A stretch of 63,890 nt of DNA, filler included, from Octopus bimaculoides (Eukaryota): the NCBI RefSeq assembly GCF_001194135.2. It is 4 parts of 4 records of this genome, joined end to end, with 100 filler letters (N's around TTAATTAATTAA, not from the genome) between each part and the next. Parts side by side here need not be neighbours in the genome. Positions count along the whole stretch, not along the records: positions 26,731 to 52,948 come from NC_068999.1; 3 more parts are not named here. One strand, 5' to 3'. Numbering within the stretch: position 1 is the first letter of the stretch; each line of letters starts with the position of its first letter. Both the position numbers and the translations under genes were made by a program. Below the pieces are notes generated by a model that was not told the origin of the DNA, did no database searches, and was given only the letters and a program-made list of their open reading frames with translations. Shown piece after piece: positions 26,731-39,299 of the stretch.

Positions 26731-26775
<45 letters not shown>

Positions 26776-26829
26776 GTACCTATTGTGTACACACGCACAA
26801 GCATGCACACGTGTACACTTACCCACATA

Positions 26830-27342
26830 TATAGCCATTGTCTGTCTGAGTTTTACATATATTTAGATTCTTTTAGTCACTTTAACAATTTCTTGTAATG
26901 TCTTGTTGTTGTCTCTCAGTAACACTGCATCAACAGCATATCTTACACTGTTTATAGTCATGCCATTGACGGTGAGTTCCTTGATCTCGTTTGGCCATCT
27001 GAATATATTACTCAGTGTAAATATTAAATAGGTTTGGTGATATCACACGTCCTTATCTTACACTTCTCTTTATCTCTACTGGTTGTGACAATTTCTGGTC
27101 TATTTTGATGGATGCTTTTTGGTTTCAATATAACACAAATGATTCTAATATGTTTTCCCACTCAACCTAATTTTTTAAACAGGTAATGAACTCACTGTGC
27201 TGTACGTGGACAAATATCTTGGCATAATCCATAAAGCATGCAGAAAGGTGTTTCTTTACTTACATGAGCTTTTGTGCGATTACTTTGAGGAAAAGTATGG
27301 CATATCTTGTATTGTTGTTTGCCCTATAACCAAAATGAGACC
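26830..27342 (-). mobile_element. RTE-clade LINE reverse transcriptase, inverted 5' segment
   Basis: Minus translation: HFGYRANNNTRYAILFL, CFMDYAK, EIKRSVR.GRVISPNLFNIY, VNGMTINSVRYAVDAVLL (decayed YADD motif). Confidence 0.85.
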
Positions 27343-27344
27343 CG

Positions 27345-27882
27345 TGATTAAATATGAATGTACAAGAGAGTAAGACAATGCGTATTCAAAGAAATAACAA
27401 AAAGAAGCAAATACACAGATAGATGGACAAAAGTTTCAACAAGTAAATAATTTCCCTATTTAAAGCGCAGGCGTGGCCGTGTGGCAAGAAGCTTGCTTCT
27501 CAACTACATGGTTCCGAGTTCAGTCCCACTGCGTGACTCCTTGGGCGAGTGTCTTTTACTATAGTCTCGGGCCGACCAAAGCCTTGTTTGTGAATTTGGT
27601 AGAGGAAAATTGAAAGAAGCCTGTCATATATGTATATATATATATATNNNNNNNNNNNNNNNNNNNNNNNNNNNNNNNNNNNNNNNNNNNNNNNNNNNNN
27701 NNNNNNNNNNNNNNNNNNNNNNNNNNNNNNNNNNNNNNNNNNNNNNNNNNNNNNNNNNNNNNNNNNNNNNNNNNNNNNNNNNNNNNNNNNNNNNNNNNNN
27801 NNNNNNNNNNNNNNNNNNNNNNNNNNNNNNNNNNNNNNNNNNNNNNNNNNNNNNNNNNNNNNNNNNNNNNNNNNNNNNNNNN

Positions 27883-27917
<35 letters not shown>

Positions 27918-28590
27918 CGTGCGTGCTTCAGTTTGTGTGTTTGTCTTTGTATCTGGATTTTGTCACCTCCATCACTGCTTGGACAACCGGTGTTGGTGCA
28001 TTTAGGTATTCGAAACCTAGCGGTTCGGCAAAAGAGACCAATAGAATAAGTACTATGCTTAAAAGATAGGTCCTGGGTTCGATTTGTTCGACTAAATAAA
28101 ATACTCCAGCATGGCCGCAGTCAAATGACTGAAACAAGTAAATGAAAAGATAAAAGAAAAGACAAGTGATGAATGAAAGACAGGCGTGAAGAAATTAGTT
28201 AAAGACTATATACAGCTAAAATACATTTTTAAGAATGAAAAAGTTTTTCACCTCAAAAGAGAAAACTTCGTCTAAAATTTAGTTTACGAAACAAAATGTC
28301 ATATTGTGCCAAGTGTCATCTATAGGATAGAAGCAGTGTGCACAGATATGGAGAAAATGATAGAAGTGTTTGAGATGTAGATCTTTCGTAGATTGGGCAG
28401 GATAAGCAGGAAAGTGTGGGTAACAAACGCTACAGTACGAGAAAAGGCTTTTATTGTCCACATAGCTATCATATTTCGGACATATATTGAATCACAAGTC
28501 GATACCTAATATTATCTTAATAGGAAATGTTGCAAACAATAAAACAAGAAGCTGTCAAACACGATGAAAATGCCAGGATGATTGTATGCA
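27345..28590 (+). mobile_element. RTE-clade LINE, RT C-terminal/forward segment interrupted by a family B SINE
   Basis: NVQESKTMRIQRN...IDGQKFQQVNNFPY | SINE | ...MKKFFTSK...MEKMIEVFEM.IFRRLGRIS...VTN..V...LSYFGHIL; a typical RTE C-terminus. Confidence 0.82.
27465..28160 (+). mobile_element. SINE family B (internal microsatellite contains a gap)
   Basis: GCGCAGGCGTGGCCGTGTGGCAAG head, GGTTCCGAGTTCAGTCCC B box, CCTTGGGCGAGTGTCTT body, tail CCAGCATGGCCGCAGTCAAATGACTGAAACAAGTAAA. Confidence 0.92.
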
Positions 28591-28617
28591 TGCGACACAA
28601 CATAGAGGGACACAGGA

Positions 28618-28656
<39 letters not shown>

Positions 28657-29181
28657 NNNNNNNNNNNNNNNNNNNNNNNNNNNNNNNNNNNNNNNNNNNN
28701 NNNNNNNNNNNNNNNNNNNNNNNNNNNNNNNNNNNNNNNNNNNNNNNNNNNNNNNNNNNNNNNNNNNNNNNNNNNNNNNNNNNNNNNNNNNNNNNNNNNN
28801 NNNNNNNNNNNNNNNNNNNNNNNNNNNNNNNNNNNNNNNNNNNNNNNNNNNNNNNNNNNNNNNNNNNNNNNNNNNNNNNNNNNNNNNNNNNNNNNNNNNN
28901 NNNNNNNNNNNNNNNNNNNNNNNNNNNNNNNNNNNNNNNNNNNNNNNNNNNNNNNNNNNNNNNNNNNNNNNNNNNNNNNNNNNNNNNNNNNNNNNNNNNN
29001 NNNNNNNNNNNNNNNNNNNNNNNNNNNNNNNNNNNNNNNNNNNNNNNNNNNNNNNNNNNNNNNNNNNNNNNNNNNNNNNNNNNNNNNNNNNNNNNNNNNN
29101 NNNNNNNNNNNNNNNNNNNNNNNNNNNNNNNNNNNNNNNNNNNNNNNNNNNNNNNNNNNNNNNNNNNNNNNNNNNNNNNNN

Positions 29182-29252
<71 letters not shown>

Positions 29253-29947
29253 TACACTCACGCATATGCAATGAATTATTAGAGCCGAGGCTTCACATCT
29301 ATTTTCCTGCGTCTTTCCAATTCGTTTTCATTACAAAGCAAAACAGAAGAAACACTTATACAGTTATCTTTATTTAATATTCACCATATTGAGAAACTGT
29401 GAAAGAAAATTCTCACTCAGAATATTTTCTTCTTCTCCTCCCCATTTTTACTTCTCCACCACCACCACCGCCGCCGCTGCCACCAATACCAGCACCACCT
29501 CTACCACCACCTTCAAATTCATATTACTCAAGCACATTGTATTAGAAATATGGTCAAGCCTCTTAGAACTATCTGCAGCTGTCTGTAAGTTGCTACTAAG
29601 TATTGCTACAGTATACTTAAGGTGTAAACTGATACAATGCGCCGACAGACTTCATTCAAATAATTACGAAAAGGATAACTGGATAATAACATGCTGAGAT
29701 AGAGTTCATTGAGTTGGGAAAAAAGACACCGTAGGGGGAAACAATTTGCTGTTGTATTCAATTTTTCTAGATCAGTACCGATTGCAAGTGTAATATGATG
29801 TGGAATATAAAATAAAGTTTTATCTATGCTCTTACAATTCTTATTCATTTTGTAATATATATCCTGAGGCAGAGAATATATAGACTGTCAGCTCATATTG
29901 CTGTATTTATGTTGCTAAGACCTTTGAATTTATTAAGCGTGCGCGCG

Positions 29948-29987
<40 letters not shown>

Positions 29988-30149
29988 ACACACACATACA
30001 CACACAAACACACACACATACACACATACACACACACACAGTCACGGATCTACCCAAATAGAAAGAATACAAATGAATACTTGCCACATATATTTATGTT
30101 TAATTAGAAATAAGGAAGTATGTATGTATGCATGTAAGTATTATGATGT

Positions 30150-30191
<42 letters not shown>

Positions 30192-30229
30192 CGCTAACAA
30201 TAATAATAATAATGTTATTATTATTATTA

Positions 30230-30440
30230 TTTCTAATAACGGTACAACGCTTGAAATTTTGGGTGAGCGGACTAGTCGGTTACATCGACTGCAGCGTCTC
30301 ACTGGTACTTAGTTTATCGACCCTAAAAGGATGACAGGCAAAGTCGACCTCGACGGAATTTGAACTCAGAATGTAAAGACAGACGAAATAATGCTATGCA
30401 TTTCGCCCAACATACTAATGATTCTGCCAGCTCACCGCAT
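30230..30440 (-). mobile_element. SINE family A
   Basis: Central module and B box (GGAATTTGAACTCAG on +), with head ending GCCAGCTCACCGC. Confidence 0.9.
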
Positions 30441-30519
30441 TAATAATAAGGATTATACCCTAATGGCAGTTATAATTATCTAGGAATATGTGAAGGAGAT
30501 GGAATTAAAGACAATATAA

Positions 30520-30965
30520 TAGCAGAAAAGATAAGAGAGGTGGACTACCGAAGAGAAAGAGCCATTCTGAACGCCGAGCTAAATGCCAAAAGTAAAATTG
30601 ATAAAAGCACATCTCTGAAAACGTTCGAAAATCTGAGAAAAATATAAGGACCTGGAGATTAGAAGGTGGCATCTCAAAACAGCAACATTATCTATTACTA
30701 TTGGCGCACATGGAATGATATCAAGAAGCGGAACCAAGTATGCAGACCAAATCCCTAGTAATCCAGAATAAACAAATTACAAAAGATCATACTTATGGGT
30801 ACCTCATATATTATACATAAATTCCTGTCTATGTAAATGCATACCTATTCACTCTGAGTTCTTTCAACCCTCACAGACATCAGAGTTTTCAATTGCATAA
30901 CACATCACCTGTGGGTATTTTCAGATGTTGCCCCTTGACGTCTCTGTTTGAGATTTAGGAGCAAA
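30520..30965 (+). mobile_element. R4/Dong-type (RLE-encoding) non-LTR retroelement fragment 1
   Basis: ILNAELNAKSK, then KYKDLEI...WHLKT....IGAHGMI... resembling the RLE C-terminus KYKDL.IE..RMW.....PVVIGALG. Confidence 0.65.
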
Positions 30966-30969
30966 GCGT

Positions 30970-31472
30970 AAGAATTAAACCATATAATCCATTGGGAGCT
31001 TTGTGGAAATCACTTCCTACAAAGAGCAATGACATGGTATGAGAAAATCCCAGAAGGAGTCACCGAGAATGAAAATTCCAAAATCCTGTGGGATACAATG
31101 ATTCAATGCGATCAACTGAGCAGACATGGGAAACCAGACATTGTCGCAGTGAAACAAAAAGAACATGCATGAAGAAAGACTGAACAACTATGACGATTTG
31201 AAGTGGGAAATACGAAGGTTGTGGTCAATGAGGAGAGTACACATGGTACCAATAGTAATTGGCGCACTTGGAAGTATCAGCACACAACTACCAATATGGA
31301 TCAAAAAGATTGCTCCAAATGTAAAAATAGAACACCTACAAAAATAGCATTGCTTGGAACTGCAAGAATTCTTCGCAGAGTTCTTGAAGCATGAGCAGTT
31401 AACAAGTGTCACCTTAGTCTGCTGGCTGCTGACACTTTCCATCACACCCAGCAAAATAAGCTGTATTTTCGT

Positions 31473-31473
<1 letters not shown>
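30970..31473 (+). mobile_element. R4/Dong-type fragment 2: RLE C-terminus plus 3' UTR ending at (TAA)n
   Basis: IIHWELC...WYEKIPEGVTENENSKILWDTMIQCDQLSRHGKPDIV...YDDLKWEIRRLWSMRRVHMVPIVIGALGS...LLGTARILRRVLEA*. Confidence 0.85.

Positions 31474-31548
<75 letters not shown>
31474..31548. repeat. (TAA)n microsatellite
   Basis: Directly visible. Confidence 0.95.
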
Positions 31549-31550
<2 letters not shown>

Positions 31551-31755
31551 GTGGTACGAATATAAACCCGAAGGTATCATCGAAAATCACATAATGCAAA
31601 GATCCGAAGGGATTTTATGATTCAGTGTGACCATGAGATAGAGAATAGGAAACCTAGACATGGCGTTGATTGAGAAAGAAAGCAAACGTTGCTGGATCAT
31701 AGATACAGCGGGCCCAGCTGACAACAAGGAATGCGATAAGGAAGAAAGAAAAGTC
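31549..31755 (+). mobile_element. R4/Dong-type fragment 3: PD-(D/E)xK nuclease core
   Basis: KWYEYKPEGIIEN...DFMIQCDHEIENRKP-DMALIEKESKRCWIIDTAGPADNKECDKEERK. Confidence 0.82.
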
Positions 31756-32110
31756 TCTTCTCCCTCTCTCCCTCCTTCTCTCTCTATCCCTTCTTCTCTC
31801 TCCCTCTCTCCCTCCTTCTCTCTCCCTCTATCCCTCCTTCTCTCTCCCTCTCTCTCCCTGTATATATATAAGAATTTAAGGATTGGAGAAAACGCATGTT
31901 ATAATTGCAATTATATATGCAATTATAACATGCGTTTTCTCCAATCCTTAAATTCTTAAATATACTCAAATACCCAAAATTTCAAGGAGTTCCTGCCTTA
32001 AAAACAGGAACTAAACAACAGTTATTTTGTGTTCTTTGCTACATTGGTTTCTATTAACCCATTTATTCTATCAGAAGAATTTTTATTCATTAAGATAGAA
32101 GAAATACACA

Positions 32111-32155
<45 letters not shown>

Positions 32156-32252
32156 TTGAATTGCATTGAATCAGTTTCAGCTCACGAGCTGTGGCCATGC
32201 CAGGGCATCACCATTCGTATATCCATTGTATTTATATAAATAACATAACGTA

Positions 32253-32286
<34 letters not shown>

Positions 32287-32549
32287 CATTTTTATTTCTG
32301 CTAAAGCTAAATTATTTACGAATAAGTTATCGTTGTATCTAATATGAAGAAATGAAACATTTCTGATAATTTAACTGTCAGCTGTAATCAAAATCTGTAT
32401 GTACAATACACTTCTTTGCATAAACTGGTATTGAGTTCTTTTATAAAACTCGTGTTTATTTATGCTGGCACCAAACACTTTTCATCTGCATGCACATACA
32501 CACACACACACACATACACACGCAGACACACACACACACTCACATACAT

Positions 32550-32589
<40 letters not shown>

Positions 32590-33475
32590 TCTCTCTATCT
32601 TTCACACACACACATATATATACACTGGTGGTGAGAGGTTTTCACCTCCAGTAAGAGAGATCATACATCAGACAGTATTAAGAGGGTCACCATATCTTTT
32701 CCATATTTGCAATCTCCGTAGAACGTGTGAATCAAACAGCCGTTGTGTTATCAAATATCTGTTTATCTAATAGCCAATAAAAACCAATTGGTAAGATCGT
32801 GTGCAATGGATTTATAATACTGTATATTTTGATTAATATACCCACGCTATTGGCAAGTATACAAATATACGAATGACTAAGAATAAACGTTTGATAATTC
32901 AAGAAAACACTCAATATGCTTGGTATGCAGAATGAGTTATTTTTATAAATACAATATTTTACAGGAGGCAAAGTCGTTTTACTATGATAGCTCATCAGAT
33001 TTAATTCATACCACTCGAAGGCGGCCGATGAATTATTTTTACAAAGTGAGTTAAAAGAATGATTCAAGAGCGAATTGTATCACGTGTTTCAAGGTTAAGA
33101 CTGATGAGAAAATTCTAGAAAACTCTTTCGAACAATATAAATGAAAAAAAAAAAAATACACACACACACACGTAAAAGAAAATAGTACACACTTTATTAT
33201 CTTAATTTTCTGTTTGTTGCACTTTAGAATTGCTATTGTATAAACGAAAACTGCAAATGTCTTGGGTCTTACCTAAATCTATAAATCACTTTTTGAATGA
33301 GATTTTGTTCATTCTAAAAAGCAAGAAAAAGTTTTAAAAACTAGTTCGATGAACTGTCACTCTGTACAGACACAGAGGTACACACACAGACACACACACA
33401 AGTTCTCATTTACATTATTATATGTATATATATACGGGTGCGTGTGTGTGTATTTATATATGTTGCATGTATCTA

Positions 33476-34335
33476 CGAGGTATATTCCATAAGTTTGGAG
33501 ACTTTTTTAGAAGAGGCATTTATAACTGTGCCATTGTAATTTTAGGATATCATTACTATATGTCAAATTAGCTAATCTGTCAATTTTTGTTATTTCAAGT
33601 CGAAGAAGACAGCTGTAGCAACACTTTAAAAACACCCTACTAAACACTGCTTGATACAGTGCTTGACTACTTTGCAGAATGCAGTCGGGATGTTTGGAAT
33701 TTCATTATGGCAATAAAGTTTTGAGTTAAACTGTAAAAAAAAAAACATTACAGAAACTTATGAAATATCCCAAACCGCTTATGAATTGACCTTTTCTCTG
33801 GCGCAATAGGCTTAAAGACGGTAGAGAGAAGGTAAGAGATGATGAGAGCTGTCAGAAGGAGATGAAGGTCAGAACGTCAGAAGTGGTTGGGAAAATTGGT
33901 AATTATCTGGATGAAGCCCGTCGTGTGTCTTTAAAGAAAATAAACATATAGTCTTGAGTCAGTGTGCGATAGTACACGGAGTTATTCATGAAGCCCTGAA
34001 CATGCTCAAAATTCGTGCAAAGTTTGTTTCAAGGTTACTCGGTGATGGTCATTCTGGAAACCAACTTCTTAACAGAGATGGGCATCAGGATCAAAACTGT
34101 CCCTCGTTCTCCTTACAGTCCAGACCATGCTCTCTGTGACTTTTGTTTGTTCGTGACAAGGGTTCTGGACACCTTCATTCTGGAGGAACTTCTATCATCC
34201 AGACCTTCATGAAGTGCCTACAAGTGCAGTGAAGTTAGACGATCCTGCTTTGAGGGGAGATTAGCGTTTTGTACTTCTTTGGAATTAATAGATGCCTCTC
34301 CTGAAAATGTCTGAAAACTTCTGAAATGCACCATG
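33476..34335 (+). mobile_element. Internally deleted mariner transposon fossil with both TIRs
   Basis: TA|CGAGGTATATTCCATAAGTTTGGAGACTT left end; decayed reverse complement TGTCTGAAAACTTCTGAAATGCACCATG right end. Translation includes KDGREKVRDDE, KIRAKFVSRLL, PYSPDHALCDFCLF (34111-34150) and CFEG-D*. Confidence 0.85.
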
Positions 34336-34356
34336 TGAGTGCGTGCGACTCTGTGA

Positions 34357-34405
<49 letters not shown>

Positions 34406-34495
34406 CACGTGTGTGTGTGCGTGCATGTATATAAGTATATATATATATATATATGTACATATATGTATATATACATATATGTTCATATATATACA

Positions 34496-34805
34496 AGGTA
34501 AAGTGTAAGGACTCCTTCGGTCATGAATGACCATGGGATTGCATCTAGAAGGTTTCCCTCGATGCAGAAGTCCGAGCAAGGTTATTTATGGCAGACCAGC
34601 AGTTATCCATGCATACCAGTCTCCCCTATCCACGCCATTGATGTTACCAAAGGGACGTCGTAACTCATTTCTACAGTTGAGTGAACAGGAGCAACGGGAA
34701 ATAAAGTGTTTTGCTCAATAACGCAATACACAGCCCGGCCCGGGAATCGAATTCACAACCTCGTGATTGTGAGCCTGACGCCCTAACAGCTGAGCCCTGC
34801 GCCTA
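34496..34805 (-). mobile_element. tRNA-derived SINE, family D (CORE-like body, LINE-like tail)
   Basis: Reverse complement head GGCGCAGGGCTCAGCTGTTAGGGCGTCAGGCTCACAATCACGAGGTTGTGAATTCGATTCCCGG; TTGAGCAAAACACTTTATTTC; tail GGTCATTCATGACCGAAGGAGTCCTTACACTTTACC. Confidence 0.8.
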
Positions 34806-34820
34806 CTTACTCATATACAC

Positions 34821-34851
<31 letters not shown>

Positions 34852-36149
34852 TGCACATGATACAGATATTAAGCTCTTGGAAGGATAGAAAGATGAAATA
34901 TTTCTCACGCAATGCTCAACCCTAACTTGAGTTGAAGTCCTCAGTAAGATTGATATTCTTCTGGGGTAGAAAATTCAGTTGTCAAATTGATAAATCAAAT
35001 GTGTGGTGGTAACGAAGAATGAAATATAGTTCAAATAAGAAAACAAATATGGAGTTTAGCACGTCTTTAATGACTTGTTAGAATTACTTCTATACAATGG
35101 CATTAAAACAGAATGGGACAGAAACAGTTGTAACTTATTAAAGATGTTCTAAACCATCAGTGCCATCAGCTTTTGAATAGCCATTCCTATTTAGTTGACT
35201 TTTCATGAATGAAGGAGTATAAACATTTTACAGACCTGGTTTCTTTTCCAATCCTCTCCTTTTCATGGACGTGATTTAGTTCAATTTCAATGCAAGGCAA
35301 TGTTCGTTTTAGATAGGATTCATTTCTATTCTTTTGTGTCCCAAGTAGATTTGAAATCTTTGTTCGTCGTCCTAGCAGATTTTTCCTATCAAGGGCAATT
35401 ATATTTTTCTGTCAGGCATTCGTTCCGGAGCAAATTTATTTCATGTAGCTTTATGTGAATATCCTGTATAGAGAGAGACTGACAGACCAGTCATGTTCCA
35501 GGGTCTGTCTTTGTCTACCTTTATAATTAGCTTTATGAAAGTTCAGGCTGGAAAGGAGTCGTGCGCTTCTAGTAAACTACGTCATTGGTGTCACTTTCAC
35601 ATTATGGATCGGCACTGCATTCTTTGTGAAGCAAAAGTCCGGGATATTTTTAGCCCATGTTCGATGGAGCACTGTCTGATCCATGAATAGCATATTTGTA
35701 CACACACAAATACACACACATACATATATATGTACACAGTTACACATATATGCGCACTTATACATACATGTATGTAAATGTGTACACATTTGATATATGT
35801 GTATGACGTATATGTATGTGTGTGCGTGCGTGATAAAGAGACAGCTGCAGGCCATGAAAACTCCAGAATATCAGGTAGGCAGGCCGGTTCAGTTCCTATA
35901 TTTTCAATTACTTATAGTTTAATGATGTGTACAATCTGCGTCATGAATTCTTTCTTTGTAAGCTTCGCCATTTTGGCGGATGACGTGGACAGATGTTACA
36001 AACTGGTGTAATTTCAACAGCAAATTGATTTTCCAATAATGATGGCTAATCTACGTAAATATTTTCTATATATTAGTCACTAATATTCAAAATGAATTTT
36101 TACCGATCACAATCTCTGAGAAGAGTTACCTCAGTGTTTGATTTTTCAG

Positions 36150-37290
36150 TCAGTTGTTCGACTTTCGAAAGAATTTCCTTAAATTAATCTTATATCATTA
36201 TTGACTTTAATGAAAGTTGTTTTACTGACATTATTGATGTTAATCAAAGTTTTATACTTCTCAAAGTGCTGAAGGGTGTCTCTACTGTGTAGTCCACCTA
36301 GTTTTTCTAAATATAACTTAAATTTTCTAAGCTGACTTATGATTGTATTGGAAATAGAGACATAATCTCCATTCACTTAATGGTGCAACGCCAAGATATC
36401 TCTCTCAAACAATGTCATGAGATTCACTTGTGTTAGAAAATTGTACACCAAGTGACAATGACTCCTTTTCAGGTACGTTATCTCTTTCATCAGTGATTAT
36501 TGAAAACCCAGGTACAACACAGGCCAGAGAAACAATATCTTCCTTTATAATTTTTTCACACAATTTGATCATTTTACATCTCACACAGACAAATGAATAA
36601 GAAACATCTGAAGAATGTTTCAAAGGAGTTCTCAACGTCTTATCTCTTGCTTTAATACGAAACCTATACAGGCTCTGTAGATTTCCAGTTGTGTCTTTGT
36701 CCTTCCATAAAATCAAGTCACGAGTAGAACATAAACTTGGTAAGAGTATAGGAAATTGCATTTTTCTTCAATTTTTCTATGCAAGCCGTTTCAAAGCTTG
36801 TCAAGCTGGCATAGAATTCTCTTTTTGGTTTGCTTCTGATGGTCGTAACATTTGCAACATCAACTTCAATATCTCTGTTTGATATATGACTCTTTGCACA
36901 GTAATAAAAGTTGTTATATTTTGTAAAATTGTGTTAGTAAAGACGCTTTGTATTGTACGATTCTTGCAGAAGGCTCCTTTCATGCGTGAAGACTAGCTAA
37001 TCCACAATGAATTTTCGGTTAACTGCACACGACGAAATCTGCGTGGAGCCCTTTACTAATTTTCTTTTTTTTTTTTTTGAAATTATAATTTGCTGGAAGT
37101 GCGTAACACTTCACAAGAATATTGTGCTTGATATCGTCCGTTAATTTGTTTGAAGAATTAGCATAGTACTCTATATCATTACCTTCAACAAAACTGTAAC
37201 ATTTCCGCTGGCATCCGTCACCTGTTAAATCGGGCGTGGAAATAGTGTGTCGTTTTTCTTCTGATTTATATTTTTTCGCCATTTTTCCTG
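36150..37290 (-). mobile_element. Decayed hAT-superfamily transposase (ZMYM1/DUF4371-like)
   Basis: Minus fragments KGAFCK, GNLQSLYRFRIKARDKTLRTPL and FSIITDERDNVPEKESLSLGVQF (~36450-36510; cf. FSI.ADE..D.S..EQLS...RF, first catalytic Asp); many stops and frameshifts. Confidence 0.75.
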
Positions 37291-38017
37291 TCTCGTTATT
37301 TGCAGTTTCGTTTTCATCCTATTTTCTCATGCTCATAAAATTTTTAATGTTCATTCCTCACCACAAAAATTAAAAAAATAAAATATTTAAGAACAAATCC
37401 AGATTATAGATCAAGTCTGAAGTATAAAATCACATTAACGTAAAAGTAACAAGCTGATTTTAAATCAGTCTCCTAACATTAGTATAATAATTATATTTAA
37501 TTACAACAATATAGAAGTAACAATACTGGTATTACTGGTATCACTAATATTTTTTTTCTTTTGCATAAAAAGATATTTTGTAAACAACGTTAAAACAGTT
37601 TTGCTCTCTGCAAATTGTCAGAAAAAATGGGTTACGGTTAAGTTTAAAATATAGCATCATAGCAAAAAAACAAAAACAAAAAAAGACAGAAGAGAAAAGA
37701 AAAAAGAAAAGAGGATTTTTCTTGCTTCTGTTTAATTTCATTTATTAATTTACGGTTTGTTATTTAAAATACTCAAACGCTCTTTGAATTTCATTATACT
37801 TTAAAAGATAGTATGCCTGCAGTTATTTTGTCTAAATTTCTTTTATGTTTAAAGTTCGTTTTTATTAAGCCAAGACAGAAATGAAAATGTTATTTTTCCG
37901 AAAGTTGACATATTTTAGCAGCCATCCTCAAAACTATATTTCACTATTTTTCGGCAGAAAATAGAAACTTTTTAATGCATTTGCCTTCAGACTGGTCAAT
38001 CTTGAGAATAGCATTTA

Positions 38018-38135
38018 AGACGGCGAGCTGACAGAACTGTTTGCACGCCGGGCAAACTGTTTAGCGGTTGTCAATAAAATCAGTGCTAGTTTAGTACTGG
38101 GGTCGATTCAGCTGATTTACCTCCTCCCACGAAAG
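38018..38135 (+). mobile_element. SINE family A, internally deleted
   Basis: GACGGCGAGCTGACAGAAC head; TACTGGGGTCGATT module. Confidence 0.75.
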
Positions 38136-38200
38136 GTAACAATGCGCTCAAATTATCGAGCAGGTAAATGATAAAATACTTCATTATTAATAAACACAAA

Positions 38201-38418
38201 AAGGCAATGAGCTGGCAGTATCGTTACCAAGCCGGTAAAAATGCTTGGCGGCATTTCGTCCGTCTTTACATTCTGAGTTCAAATTCCTCCGGGGTTGACT
38301 TTGCTTTTCATTCTTTCGGAGTCAATAAATTAAATACCAGTGAAATACTGGGTCGATGTAATCGACTAGTCCGCTCACCCAACATTTTTAGCTTATGCTT
38401 TTAGTAGAAAGGATTATC
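38201..38418 (+). mobile_element. SINE family A
   Basis: GAGCTGGCAGTATCG A box, GAGTTCAAATTCC B box, tail ...TTAGTAGAAAGGATTAT. Confidence 0.9.
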
Positions 38419-38430
38419 AATGCACACAAA

Positions 38431-38648
38431 ACGGCGACGAGGGGCAGAATAGTTACCGCGTCGGACAACATACTTAGCGACAGTTCTTCCGACGTTAGTT
38501 CTGAGTTCAAATTCCGCCGAGATCGATTTGCCGTTCATCCTTTCGGGTTCGATAAATTAAGTACCGGTTGAGGACTGGAGTCGATGTAATCGACTATCCC
38601 TCTCCTCCAAAATTTCAGCCTTGTGCCGATAGTAGAAATGATTATTAA
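38431..38648 (+). mobile_element. SINE family A
   Basis: GAGTTCAAATTCCGCCGAG, TTCATCCTTTCGGGTTCGATAAATTAAGTACC, tail CCTTGTGCCGATAGTAGAAATGATTATT. Confidence 0.9.
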
Positions 38649-39299
38649 TACACACAAAATTATTTCTTACTCTATATTATTATCTTCCAAATACACCTAT
38701 TCACATTCATATTAAATTAGCTAAATTTTAAAATTGCTATGAACGAATTTCAAATTAGGACAAGGATATCTCAAATGAAAATGATTGAACTATGATTCAA
38801 ACGATATGAACTTTAATCTAAATCAAATTAACTTTTATTTAAAACAAATGAATATCAATTTAAAATATAAAAAATTCATATGAAAATAGCTAATGTAAAA
38901 CTAAAACAACACGCTTGATTTAAAACATCATATTTTGTTCAAAGTCCTGATTCATTCAAGATTTTCTAGAAGAGAAAACAGATTGTTGAAAATGTCATTT
39001 CTGGTATATCAGTACATATCACTGTAAGATGAAGTAAGGTACAGCTATTTCATGTATGCTACGTTAAAACAGTTTTGCTCTCTGTAAATTGTCAGGAAAA
39101 TGGGTTACGGTTATGTTTAAAATATATCTTGGCAAAAAAGAAAAGAGGATTGTGTTTGCTATTTATACAGGTGAAAACGAGTTACATGATAATGAATGGG
39201 TATTTCTTACGTATTGATAGAAAAAAGAAAACAACGTATGATGTATTAGTTAGCGGTCAGTACATAAAATTATATAAATCAAGTAATCAATTATCACCT

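Noticed and set aside
33101-33135. CTGATGA...GAAA motif
   Set aside because: Helix II and III pairing are not coherent; expected by chance in AT-rich DNA.
35250-35700. Possible LINE RT C-terminal remnant on the minus strand
   Set aside because: Only vague motif resemblance; cannot be supported without a profile search.
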